DNA from: Octopus bimaculoides
Taxonomy: Eukaryota
Reading direction: 5' to 3'
Assembly: GCF_001194135.2 (NCBI RefSeq)
Contig: NC_068982.1
Span: forward strand, 28,899,547-28,934,036
Length of the DNA stretch: 34,490 nt
The position numbers and the translations under genes are program-made. Of the stretch, positions 12,042 to 23,266 are shown one piece after another; the stretch's first letter is position 1, and each line of letters starts with the position of its first letter. The notes beneath the pieces are model-generated. The model worked only from the letters and a program-made list of their open reading frames with translations, had not been told where the DNA came from and made no database searches.

Positions 12042-12105
12042 TGGCCAGTATAGGGCCTGCACCCACGGCATTTGCGTTATTAGCACGAGGCTCTAATCAA
12101 CTGAG
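12042..12105 (-). tRNA. tRNA-Ile(AAT) pseudogene lacking the first ~10 nt
   Basis: Minus strand CTCAGTTGATTAGAGCCTCGTGCTAATAACGCAAATGCCGTGGGTGCAGGCCCTATACTGGCCA aligns without gaps at 51/64 to a recalled metazoan tRNA-Ile(AAT). Anticodon loop CT-AAT-AA is intact; the T-loop and the 5' strand of the acceptor stem are destroyed. Confidence 0.85.
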
Positions 12106-12273
12106 GAGTGAAAATGTTGATGGTCATTTGCTTGCACTTGAGATCATAGCGCTCTCACATTCCTAAACCTGCAATCAGGCTGAATATCTTGCCTAGGTTC
12201 ATATCGGTAAGATAAAGAGGGTCTGTGAGGGGTTGTGCAAATTTTATTGGACTTAAAATTTTAGGTTGTGCAA

Positions 12274-12375
12274 TCGCCGGTGAGTCGATTATCCGATGTT
12301 CGGTCGTGTAGGAGGGCGCCGCGGCGAGCGTGGAAGCTGCAGACGCGAACCCGGGTGAAGCCAACTGCTGGTGCA
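12274..12375 (+). rRNA. 28S rRNA-derived fragment (non-functional)
   Basis: GTAGGAGGGCGCCGCGGCGAGCGTGGAAGC...CCCGGGTGAAGCC...GGTGCA aligns with the recalled metazoan 28S segment GTAGGAGGGCCGCTGCGGTGAGCCTTGAAGC...CCCGGGTGGAGCC...GGTGCAGATC. It is a GC-rich island in AT-rich DNA. Confidence 0.75.
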
Positions 12376-12530
12376 ATAACCACATACATGAGCATGGTTG
12401 GTATTTTACATGGGCAATAGTCAGTGATGGTCTTTCTTGGTCACCAGTGGACAGTCATGATGATGATGATCATCATTGTCGTCGTCGTCCTAATCATCAT
12501 TTTCGTCATCATCATCATCATCATTATCAA

Positions 12531-12690
12531 TGCTTAGCGGTATTTTGTCTGCCGTCACGTTCTGAGTTCAAATTCCGCCAAGGTCGACTTTGCCTTTCAT
12601 CTTTACGGGGTCGATAAATTAAGTACCAGTTACGCACTGGGATCGATGTAATCGACTTAATCCGTTTGTCTATCCTTGTTTGTCCCCTCT
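12531..12690 (+). mobile_element. SINE family B, 5'-truncated, after a (CAT/GAT/CGT)n tract
   Basis: cgttctgagttcaaattccgccaaggtcgactttgcctttcatc...ttaagtaccagttacgcactggg. Confidence 0.9.
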
Positions 12691-12748
12691 TTCCCACATA
12701 TTGTTGCCCTTTTTCTTAAATAAAAGAAGAATCATTATTATTATTATT

Positions 12749-12962
12749 AAGGTGGAGAGCTGGCAGAATGGTTAGGATGGCGGGAAAAAGGCTTAGCGAT
12801 ATTTTGTGACCCCATACGTCCTGAATTCAAATTCCATCGAGATCGACTTTGTCTTTCATCCTTTTGAGGTAGATGAAATAAGTACCAGTTGAGCACTGGG
12901 GTCGATGTAATCAACTTACCCCCTCCCGAAATTACTGGCTTTGTACAAAAATTTGAAACCAT
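12749..12962 (+). mobile_element. SINE family B, full length
   Basis: Head ggtggagagctggcagaatggttag, same body, (ATT)n tail. Confidence 0.9.
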
Positions 12963-12971
12963 TATTATTAT

Positions 12972-13012
<41 letters not shown>

Positions 13013-13215
13013 ATCAGTCGCTGATAATCATATTAATATATTGGTGTTAATGATAGCAGCATCCATTTCGGAAGCAATTAACATCAGATTACCAAAAATG
13101 GAAATGTTAGACAGATCTTGATGCGCAAAAACACCGATTTGTGAGCTTTAGCAAATTGTTCACGTGTCAAGTAAGACGTATTTTAACGCCATTGTATTCT
13201 AACGACTGATTCACA

Positions 13216-13279
13216 AGGAGAGCAACTACCAGGAGAGCAACTACCAGGAGAGCAACTATCAGGAGAGCAACTACCAGGA
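13216..13279. repeat. 15-bp minisatellite (AGGAGAGCAACTACC) x4.3
   Basis: Units start at 13216, 13231, 13246 and 13261, with one substitution in unit 3. Confidence 0.95.
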
Positions 13280-13441
13280 TCACACACAAACACACCCATA
13301 TGCACTCATATATTAGCAGATCACTGAACACGTTCGTAAATTATTTCACATGATTGAAGCATGGAGGGTACATATCCATTTAAAAACACGCAAAAACTAT
13401 TGACTTCGCTTTGTACTGACCACACTTATGGATCAGAATGG

Positions 13442-13526
13442 AACAAATACAGCAGGCTTAGGAATGTGAGAGCGCTATGAGAGTGAGAGTGCAAGCAAAT
13501 GACCATCAACTGCAACAAATACAGCA
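13442..13526 (+). repeat. 59-nt inverted copy of 12116-12172 between 13-bp direct repeats
   Basis: AACAAATACAGCA occurs at 13442-13454 and 13514-13526; 13452-13510 matches the reverse complement of 12116-12172. Confidence 0.9.
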
Positions 13527-15573
13527 TGGCATTAGTCCAATTTCTAAAATGTTTCGAATTCTCTTTTTTACTGATGTAGCTTATCAATTATGCTCTAACA
13601 ACGTATTGTCCTATTGAATTTTTGCAGATTGTTTTTAAAAGTGTATAGTTTTGAGAAAATAGTTTTGCCCTGATATTGGACCTTTTACGTTATTATTTAA
13701 AGAGAATATTATCTCTTGTTTTGTTTACAGAGCAACATTGTTTGCTCCTGCGCTTGTTCATTGTTTATACTGTACTTATTTGTCATACGGGACATATTTT
13801 TCCTCATTTTTCTGGAAAGGTTATCTCTGTTATTTAGGTTATCTTACTTGTTGCGCTACGTAGGCTATATCAATCAATTCTATTCTTATAATCGTTTCCT
13901 TTCTCTTGATGATACTTTTGTATACCTCAAATTCTCCATTGTTGTGATTACGCGAACGCCAAAAGAAAAAGATTATTTAACTCACTCCTATCGCTTACTG
14001 ATATATTATGATATTGGATTTCCCTTTATACATTGTTGACGATGTTCATTAATCAACGTTGACACTTATTCATTGGAGTAAATTTAATTTGTTACACTTA
14101 ACTTCATATGATACTGATGATACATGTGTTATCAACTTTCTGGTCACTCCCCACGGAATGTGGCTGAACTCGTTCAAAAATAGAGGCCAGATTTCTTGTC
14201 GTTAATGAAATAAATAAAAAGCATATCTCGTCCAGAGTTTTTAAAGTTTGAACTATTATAAAATGAAATACGATTATGCTTATCACCAACATTGATATTA
14301 ATGTCATTATTAGTATAATTTGTATTACCAATAACACTACTATCTCGTACTTTCAGTATAACAAAATAAATTAGACCATTTCCATTTTGCAAATACGTCA
14401 ACCAGCAGCTTCGTTATTGAATGTTTAATATTGACCATGTGACGTAATATATATTGTCTAATCTGCATTTCTTTGTCCAGTACACATAGAATCTTGGTGT
14501 AGTTGCTTCTAGTGTTGTAACATAATTTAAAACAGACTTCTAGTAGCATAGGGTAACATTTTAAATGCACTCGTTTCATTTAAGTTGCTCTTTGTTTTCT
14601 TGTCTCTCGTTGTTGTTACAATACTCTTGTGTGCATTAGTATATTTTGTGAATAAAAAGAGGTAAACGTTGATATCTCTATTATTCATGTTGATTGCATA
14701 TGTCAACGTAAACCCGTCTAATATATTTATTCTGATATAACATTTTTAAAACTTTTAATTTTTTATGATTATACTGAGCCAAATATGTGTATATACACCC
14801 ATATCTTATACATTCGCCATTAAAACTTCTTAAAACTGTCTTGAGAATAATTATACGATTTATTGGAGATGGGGGAATTTGCTAATGATTGCAGATTTTC
14901 AAGTATCAGTCATCTAGATTTTTTTTGTTTTTGCTTTGCCAGTATAAGTACTTACTACGAGTCAGTAGCAGATATAATTTAAGCACATCTTGTAAACATA
15001 TATACATGACAATTTAAGTCTCCTGACGTTAGAAATATCGCGTACTTGTAATGTCTGATATTGAAACACTTGTGTTACATATACAGGCCTGTCAGTCTCC
15101 TTCTTGAGATTTGAGCTTATTAGCCATAGGTCTTTAAGTTTGTGCCATGATACACCCTTTTTAGCTGGAGATACTTCACACGGAGAATTTTCTCACGGAT
15201 AGGTTCCTTAAAAACATTTAATATCATCAAGAAATCCCATGGTATGGTTTCTCTCTCTAACAGACATAACTCCGTTTTGTATTCTTTCATATCACTCATA
15301 CGTTTTGTTTTTAATAGCTTGTTTATTTTACTCCCAAGTTGGAACAAGCCATATCAGCAATCCATATGTCTTAATTTAGTAAGCACTTTCTAAAATTTCA
15401 TAGTCTGGCAATGGAAATCTCATTCGTTTTCCATTCCTTCTTCCCCATTGTGGTCCTTTTATGGTATCTCTTAACAAAGAAATAAATCTACTTAGATTTA
15501 ATCAAGTTAATTATCGAATGCATGTTAGGATTGAAGAAAGTATAGCAAATATTCCTAACTCATGCTCTGTTAG

Positions 15574-15750
15574 TAAGATGACAGAATCGTTAGCATGCCG
15601 GGCAAACTGTTTAGTAGCACTTCGTCCGTCCTTACGTTCCGAGTTCAAATTCCACCGTTGACGACTTTCCCTTTCATCGTTTCGAGGTCGATAAAGTAAG
15701 TACCAGTGGAGTGCTGAGGTCATCTAGACCTTGTGCCTAAAGTGGAAACG
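15574..15750 (+). mobile_element. SINE family B
   Basis: gacagaatcgttagcatgccgggcaaa...cgttccgagttcaaattcc, followed by (ATT)n. Confidence 0.85.
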
Positions 15751-15782
<32 letters not shown>

Positions 15783-15783
<1 letters not shown>

Positions 15784-15978
15784 AACCAGCGATCTGGTAA
15801 AACCGTTACTACGCCTGACAAAATGCTTAGTGACATTTCTTTTGGCTTTACGTTTTAAGTTAAGATATCGCCGAGGCCGACTTTGTCTTTCATTCTTCCG
15901 AATTCGACGAGCACTGGATCGATGTAATCGACTATCCCCCTCCCTCAAAATTTCACGTTTTGCGCCTATAATAGAAAG
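15783..15978 (+). mobile_element. SINE family B (tandem with the previous copy)
   Basis: Family B head and body with (ATT)n tail. Confidence 0.8.
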
Positions 15979-16503
15979 AATTATTATTATTATTATCATT
16001 ATTATTATTATTATTATGCATTTGAAAGCGATCTGACGAGAGAACCACTACATGGTTTGTCGATCACTTAGAAATAGTAAGCAGGGTTACCGTAAATCAC
16101 ATCCTTCCACATCAGAAAAGGAGGACACGTTAGACAATTGTTCCTAGATTATCTGCCAAGGGCGGTAACGGCTAGAATGTCTTTAATCTTAGGTCTTTTT
16201 CATCAGAGATGATGCATGTCTAAAAAACAACGACAACATGACCTAGTATTCAAACATATTGCAATAGATTTACGTTTTAGAGCAATAACACAAAATGTAC
16301 TAAGTTTTGTATGGGCTTCACACTAAAAATAAGTCAAAATACAGCAGAATTTATAATCAGAAAATACACGGGTTGTTAAGAAAACAGATACCACAGGGAT
16401 TTAGCATAAAATAAATACAAACATGATAGCCTGACAACGGTCAAAAGCATAAGTAAATCCATATATATATATATCAATATTATACACAGAAACACAGAAA
16501 TGC

Positions 16504-16547
<44 letters not shown>

Positions 16548-16916
16548 GTGTGTGTGCGTGTACGAAGTTATGTTTATTTAATGTATATACTTGTGACGAT
16601 TTGTAACAGCACATATGTATGGAAAATCAGACAGGAAATTGAGTTTGTGCATGTTTACATTTGTGACTCGATGTGCCTCATGAGAGATAGTGTATAGATA
16701 TTTCGCCTTTATTTGTTAAAGGAAAGAAACACTGAGACTGAAACGGGATGAAATATTTAGAGGGCAAATCGTTGAGAAATATAAAATTGAAAGAAACACA
16801 AATAAAGATACGAATACACTGGACAGACAAGACATAAAAATACGTGGTTACAGATGCACATATGTACACACATACACACACACACACACACTTGTACGCT
16901 CATATATCACTATACA

Positions 16917-17290
16917 GGCGGGGCTGTGTCTTATGAAGTTTACTTACCAAGTACATGGCTCTGGGTTCAGTCCCACTGCCTGACACCATGGGCAAGTGCC
17001 TTCTATTATAACCTCAGTAACCAATGCCTTGAGTGGATTTTATGGACTGAAAGTGAAAGGAGCCAATGTGCGCGCGCGCGTATGCTTTTGTCCCACCACC
17101 ACTGCCTGAAAATCGGTATTGGTTTGTTTATATCACCGTAATTTGGTGGTTCGGCAGAACAGATTGATGGAACAAGTACCAAGCTTTAAAAAATAAACCC
17201 TGTGGTCAATTTGTTCGACTAAACATTCAAGGTGATGGCTGCAGTATGGCCGTTGTTTAATGACTGAAACAAGTAAAAGAAAGATGAAAG
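16917..17290 (+). mobile_element. SINE family A, diverged
   Basis: Colinear with 4344-4730. Confidence 0.85.
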
Positions 17291-18309
17291 ATACAAGCAC
17301 AAAAGCACTAACTTGGAAAGATACAAATAAATATATAAGTATATTTGCATGGGAACATGTTACATATGCATACACGTATGTGGTTTTCGACTTTTGAGCG
17401 ATTGTATCACGATTGTTACGTAATAACGTTATAAAGAAATTGGAATGAAGACGAAAGTAGAGTTATATCCGATGCATGTTCATACGTATACCTCTACTAT
17501 ACTTTCGTATATTTGTCTCTCCGTCGCTGTTTATACAAACACGTCTGCGTATATACTTAAGAGTTGATCATTCTCTTGAAATTAATTAGGTAGCTTATTC
17601 AATATAATAGTACGAAAGAGCAGCATCTTGGGAGTTAATTAATGGTTAGAAAAAGAAGTCTGATATTTATATTGAGTATGACAACAATACGATGATGAGG
17701 ACCTAAAAAGATTAAGTAGTTAAGCAGGTGTGAAAAAAAAAACTGTAAGATAGGCGAAACAATTGGTTACCGTGATAATTATTAGAGAGAAAGCTGGCGA
17801 AAGTAGGGTGTGGTTGTCATTGGATATGCTGAGAACACATTTTCGATTCCGTTTTGTAACTCAGATTTCTTAATATAAATTTGAAATATTTGTTTAAACA
17901 TTCTTCGTCTGGTCGAGGATGAGGATAAAAAATTATAATTTGTAAAATACTTAACCCTAAGGAATTTAAACAATTTTCAAGTAATATATGAGCAGTAAAA
18001 AAAAAAAACATTAACATTTGAGATCATTCGGCTTCGAGCCGTAGTATTCTTCAAAAGTGATTTTGTTGTGGTTGCTTTTTATCCCAATGTAAGTCCTGAA
18101 AATTCAGATCGTTGATCGAGGCTCTCCAGTGTGACCGTCCTGTCTTTTTCCTGTGTTGTTTATTTTTTAAAGTCTTTTCGTTTTCAAGACAGCATGTCAT
18201 TTGATAGAGATTCTGTCCCTCAGCTTGCTAGCACCTCGAAAAACTCAGTAGAATCACTCACACTGCCTGCTTTTTTCTTTTTGTTTTTCTCTTGTGCCTA
18301 CTGGTATAT

Positions 18310-18568
18310 GAATTGGTACAGTATGACCGAATGATTAAAAAGTTCACTTTGCAACCACGAGGTACCGGGTTCGATTCCACTGCATGACATCCTAAAAAAT
18401 TGTCAGTTTTGCATAACACAAGTCGACCAGTACCTTGTGAGTCAAGTCTGATACACAAAAACAAAATAGAAACCCGTCAGAGGGTTCATATCTGTAATTC
18501 AAAAGGCACAACCTTGTCATATACTATGTCACGCTGGTTTTGCCTGAGAATTATATTAATGGTGCACA
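18310..18568 (+). mobile_element. Diverged SINE: family A-like head joined to family C-like tail
   Basis: ccgggttcgattccactgc head; 18485-18568 matches the reverse complement of the tail region at 31860-31935. Confidence 0.55.
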
Positions 18569-18572
18569 TATA

Positions 18573-18734
18573 GGCGCAGGAATGGCTGTGTGGTAAGAAG
18601 CTTGCTTCCCAACCACATGGTTCTGGGTTCAGTCTCACTGCGTGGCACCTTGGGCAAATATCTTCTACTGTAGCATTGGGCCGACCAAATCCTTGTGAGT
18701 AGATTTGGTAGACGGAAACTGAAAGAAGACCGTC

Positions 18735-18773
<39 letters not shown>

Positions 18774-18992
18774 TGTGTGTCTGTGTTTGTCCCCCGCACC
18801 ATCGCTTGACAACCGATGCTGGTGTGTTTACGTTTCCGTAACTTAGCGGTTCGACAAAATAGACCGAACCAATAAGCAGTAGGCTTACAAAGAATAAGTC
18901 CTGAGATTGATTTATGCGACTAAAGGCGGGTGGTGCTCCAGCATGGTCGCAGTCAAATGACTGAAACAAATAAAAGAGTAAAGAGTAAAAGA
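18573..18992 (+). mobile_element. SINE family A, full length with internal (TA)n
   Basis: Near-identical to the copies at 4344 and 21198. Confidence 0.93.
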
Positions 18993-19002
18993 GATTTCTA
19001 TG

Positions 19003-19085
19003 AAATATTCAGTCGCTTACATGTTAATTCAGGGGCAGGTAATTCAGTAGTTCAAACAACTGAATCTTCATCGTCAGACGGCGGA
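19003..19085 (+). mobile_element. SINE family C tail fragment
   Basis: Similar to the reverse complement of 31760-31850. Confidence 0.5.
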
Positions 19086-19455
19086 GATACACCATCACCA
19101 CGGATATAGATATCAACGTTTATCAATATCAGACTAGGAAGACATTATTACTATCAACTGTTTGTCAGTGTCATCGTAGTTTCTTTCATCCTTTGGAAAC
19201 TGAATTCCAGAACGTAGTCGTGATACTGAAGAGTTACTTTTAATTATTTTTGATAATTAGGTTAATGAACAGAACTAGAGCTTTCAAATTTCATATCATT
19301 CAACTGATGTTAATGATAACCTAGTTAATCCATTAATTTGCATGCCACCCTGACATAGGCACTAAATTGTTTTTCTTTTCTTGGTGGGGTGAGCATAAAT
19401 TTAGCATGAGTAATTATTGTTAGTCATCTCCGAATGAATTTGCTTGAATGTTATA

Positions 19456-19786
19456 GTATGGCTCAGTGGTTAGAATGTCGGGTTCACAATCATGAGGTAG
19501 CGAGTTTGATTCCTGGACCAGGCTGCGTGTTATGTTCTTGAGCAAGACACTTTTATTTCACGTCGCTCCAGTTCACTCAACTGTAGAAAAGAGTTGCGAC
19601 GTCACTGGTGCCAAGCTGTATCGGCGTTTGCCTTTTCCTTGGATAACATCAGTAGCGTGGAAAGGGAAGGCTGGCATGCTTAGATTACTGCTGGTCTTCC
19701 ATAAACAACCTTGCCCGGAATTGTACCTCGGATTTTAATTTCTAGGTACATTCCCATATTCATTCATGACCGAACGGAGTCTTTAC

Positions 19787-19787
<1 letters not shown>
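19456..19787 (+). mobile_element. tRNA-derived SINE with CORE-like central domain
   Basis: A box tggctcagtgg, B-box-like agtttgattcc, then tgttcttgagcaagacact...tttcacgtcgctccagttcactc, shared with the copies at 19836 and 29775. Confidence 0.8.
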
Positions 19788-19835
<48 letters not shown>

Positions 19836-19836
<1 letters not shown>

Positions 19837-20093
19837 CACATGATCCCATGACTGACCAGACTATCAGATACTGTTATACATCGCTGGTCACGATGCGTTA
19901 TGCATTGTTTTACCCTTCAAATGACGCTACCACGCTGGCTAGGCTAACAGGCCAACATCCGCCCCTGATCGAAAGGGGTACTGGAGCAACGTGAAATGCA
20001 GTGCTTTGCTCAAGAACACAACGTACCGCCTGATCTGGGAATCGAACCCACGATCTAGCGATCGTGACAGCCTAACTACTTGGCCACGCACCT
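19836..20093 (-). mobile_element. tRNA-derived SINE with CORE-like domain, different tail
   Basis: Minus-strand B box gggttcgattccc and tgttcttgagcaaagcact...tttcacgttgctccagt. Confidence 0.75.
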
Positions 20094-20419
20094 TCGTATA
20101 CAAGCGTGTGTGTGTGTGTGTGTGTGTGTTTGCAAATGTTTGTTTGCAAATGTTTCATTTTCAAAGTCGAACCCTAAACTGGGAGCATGGTAAAACTTAT
20201 TGGTTAACCTGATAATTGTACAAATCATTTTGTATTTCAGTTTGAGATAAAACACCAGATTGACAAACATGAAAGGGATACTTATAAATATGTTTACGGT
20301 TCTGCATCCGGTTGTCCAGAAATTGTGATCGAATTGTATTAAGTAAAACAATGATATTATGCTGTCCAGTTAAAATTTAGTTAGTAGATAACTTTACTTT
20401 TATGTAGTTTTGTATATGT

Positions 20420-20520
20420 TGTAAGTTAGGTCGGTAGATTGCCGGACTGAATGCGTTGCATTAATAGTTCAAATTCTGCCAAAGGGTAGTTTACTTTTTA
20501 TCCCTTAGGGGTCAATAAAT
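20420..20520 (+). mobile_element. SINE family B, diverged fragment
   Basis: agttcaaattctgccaaagg...ttttatcccttaggggtcaataaat. Confidence 0.55.
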
Positions 20521-21197
20521 AAATAAATAAATAACCTGGCGCTGGTATAGTTCTAACTCTCTCTACCAGTCAAATCCATCGACGTTCTATTGGGTCAAGG
20601 GTGCTTGTGTTTGCTGTGACTACATGGGCAACCAAATCCATTAGGAAAAGCATGACAATTCTGATACCAAGTCAAGTCAATCTCGACTGGGAGCGACTGC
20701 AATAGTTATGATAAATGTCGCCCTTTTCACCGAAATACTTACGTAACTGGTCATTTGGTGCTTTTCTTCGAGTGATGTGAGACGTCTAGTTTGATTAATT
20801 GCTAAATGTAATCCGCTGATTTCAAACAGTATTAATTTTCAACACTTCATGTTGACTTTGACCAAAAACTATTTTTGCTTGATAGGAAAACCGAATGTTG
20901 AATAGAAATGACAGAAAAATTCTTTATCATTAAGGCAAGTAATTTACTGAAGCAGATCTTCTTAGTCATTGGTTTGTTTTAGAAATTATAGGAAGAATTC
21001 ACGCGCCATTGTAAAGTTCAACTTACATAATCAAATAAATCAAAACTTCATATATATAAGACGGTACCCCAGCGTAACTGAAACAAAGATGTAACAACAT
21101 GTTGTATTCTCAATGTCTTGCTGTTAAATCTACCATAAGGATTTCTTTCTATTATAACTGCAATTTCAAAAAGGTTCAAACCATTGATTACGTAATA

Positions 21198-21372
21198 GGT
21201 GCAGGCGTGGCTGTGTGGTAAGAAGCTTGCTTTCCAGCCTCATGTTCCGGGTTAAGTCCCACTGCGTAACAACTTGGGAAAGTGTCTTCTGCTGTAGCCT
21301 AGGGCAGACCAAAGCCTTGTGAGTGGATTTAGTAGACGGAAACTGAAAGAAGCCCGTCTTATATATGTATAT

Positions 21373-21436
<64 letters not shown>

Positions 21437-21662
21437 TGTGTGTGTGTGTCTTTGTGTTTGTCCCTCCACCGTCGCTTGACAACCGATGCTGGTGTGTTTA
21501 CGCCTCCGTAACCTAGCGGTTCAGCAAAATAGACCGATAGAATAAGTACTAGGCTTGCAAAGAATAAGTCCTGGAGTCGACTTGTTCGACTAAAACCCTT
21601 CAAGGCGGTGCTCCAGCATGGCCGCAGTCAAATGATTGAAACAAGTAAAAGAATAAAAGAAT
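21198..21662 (+). mobile_element. SINE family A, full length
   Basis: Complete head, internal microsatellite and TAAAAGAA tail. Confidence 0.93.
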
Positions 21663-21918
21663 AATATATTATAAAAGCTGTAAGATTCTTTACAACTTAT
21701 CTATACTGTTTTTCTAGTTCGAGCTGTGGCGATGCTGAATTATTGGGTTATTTGACATTATGTGAGGAGTAAATTTTGTTATTACGTCCTTCACATCTCA
21801 ATCTATAAAGATTTTTAAGTAATTTGTTCAGTATTAAATATTCTTCGATCGTTCTCCTTTCGTGGATTCTCATCACTCTCTGTCGCCATTCAAATTCATT
21901 ATCATAAATTCGAATAAA

Positions 21919-22132
21919 GCGGCGAACTGGCAGAATCGTTGTCACGCTGGACGAAATGCTTAGCAGTATTTCGCTCGTTGTTATTTTCTGACTTCAAATT
22001 CCGCCGGAGTCGAATTTGCTTTTCCTCCTTTTGGGGTCGGTAAATTAAGCACGAGTGAAACATTGGGGTCGCTGTAATTGATTAGTCCCCTCCCGCCAAA
22101 TTTCAGGCCTTGTGCCTTTTGTAGAAAGGGTT
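21919..22132 (+). mobile_element. SINE family B, full length
   Basis: gcggcgaactggcagaatcgttg...aaattccgccggagtcgaatttgc...ggggtcgctgtaattga. Confidence 0.88.
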
Positions 22133-22483
22133 ATTATAGATTGGAATTGGGAGCGCGAGTCATTGTGAATCTTTCATTAGCTGATTACACAACCATGAAT
22201 GTCACCCCCATGGATGCTTTGCAGTTACTATCTTGATAGAGATTGGTGATCTTAGAGATCTTAGAGATTGGTGATCTTGACCGTTGATCGTCTATGATTC
22301 CTCCAGTCACCATCAATGCAAGAAGCACCACTGGCTCAGTTGAGCTCTCCCGTTACCTGTTCACAATCCGCCATGCTGCAGTCCCATGACTTCGCTGTAT
22401 TCTTGGCAGGGTGGCTGAACGTGTGGTATATCTTGCCAAAGGGCAACTTGTAGTTACGCAGGGTGCGGTCGTCACTCTGTGAG

Positions 22484-22637
22484 GTATTTTCAAAATACTC
22501 GCATTCCTGAGTATGCGGGTAATTCACGTGTAAATTCCTTAAGATGTTCGATACTCCGTGATGTATTTTCAAAATACCCGCATACCCGTGTATGCGGGTA
22601 TTAGATATAATTGATCCAATAAATTCTTTAAGATGTC
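22484..22637. repeat. Degenerate two-unit tandem repeat of a palindrome-plus-hairpin module
   Basis: GTATTTTCAAAATAC at 22484-22498 and 22563-22577; perfect 11-bp hairpin TACCCGCATAC-CCGT-GTATGCGGGTA at 22575-22600; TAAATTC(C/T)TTAAGATGT at 22531 and 22620. Confidence 0.9.
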
Positions 22638-22910
22638 CCTAATTCATACAAAGATCTGAGATTATGTCATCAAATGTGAGATAAGAATAGTTCCGGCTAG
22701 AAGACGAGTAAACAGGTCTGACTAATGCAAGACTGAGCAAGTCATCATTATCGAATGAACAGCCGTATGTCGGCACTTTCATAGATATTTGTAGTTTATC
22801 TTCGAGATAAAAAAAATATAATTAAAAAATATCAGTTAAACTGTATGTTTGGATCATTGAGTGCATCAATACTTGACATTTAAGGAACTATCTTTTAGAA
22901 TATTCGTTTA

Positions 22911-23111
22911 CTCTTTTACTTGTTTCAGTCATTTGACTGTGGCCATGCTGGAGCACCGCCTTAAGTCGAGCAAATCGACCCCCGGGACTTATTCTTTGTA
23001 AGCGTAGTACTTATTTTATCGGGCGCTTTTGCCGAACCGCTAAGTTACGAGGACGTAAACACACCAGCATCGGTTGTCAAGCGATGTTGGGGGACAAACA
23101 CAGACACACAA

Positions 23112-23148
<37 letters not shown>

Positions 23149-23233
23149 NNNNNNNNNNNNNNNNNNNNNNNNNNNNNNNNNNNNNNNNNNNNNNNNNNNN
23201 NNNNNNNNNNNNNNNNNNNNNNNNNNNNNNNNN

Positions 23234-23266
<33 letters not shown>

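Noticed and set aside
12042-12060. TGGCCAGTA as an LTR primer-binding site
   Set aside because: The tRNA match extends 64 nt, lacks the CCA complement, and no LTR is adjacent.
12330-12617. His/Asp-rich ORF and overlapping minus ORF 12155-12385
   Set aside because: Built from the 28S fragment, a trinucleotide tract and a SINE.
13216-13279. CRISPR-like array
   Set aside because: Contiguous 15-bp units with no spacers, in a eukaryotic context.
13731-13860. Candidate exon after a strong acceptor (ttgttttgtttacAG); a similar case at 29428
   Set aside because: Frame and donor are ambiguous and no homology is recognised.
15120-15470. Minus-strand ORF MFQLGSKINKLL...
   Set aside because: Flanked by stops, with no usable splice pair or recognisable motif.
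18995-19076. Minus-strand CTGACGA...long stem...GAAA hammerhead-like pattern
   Set aside because: The sequence is explained as a family C SINE tail; stems III and I are absent, replaced by a family A tail.
22390-22480. Peptide RVAERVVYLAKGQLV resembling an ABC ATPase C-terminus
   Set aside because: Too short, preceded by a stop, with no D-loop or H-switch.
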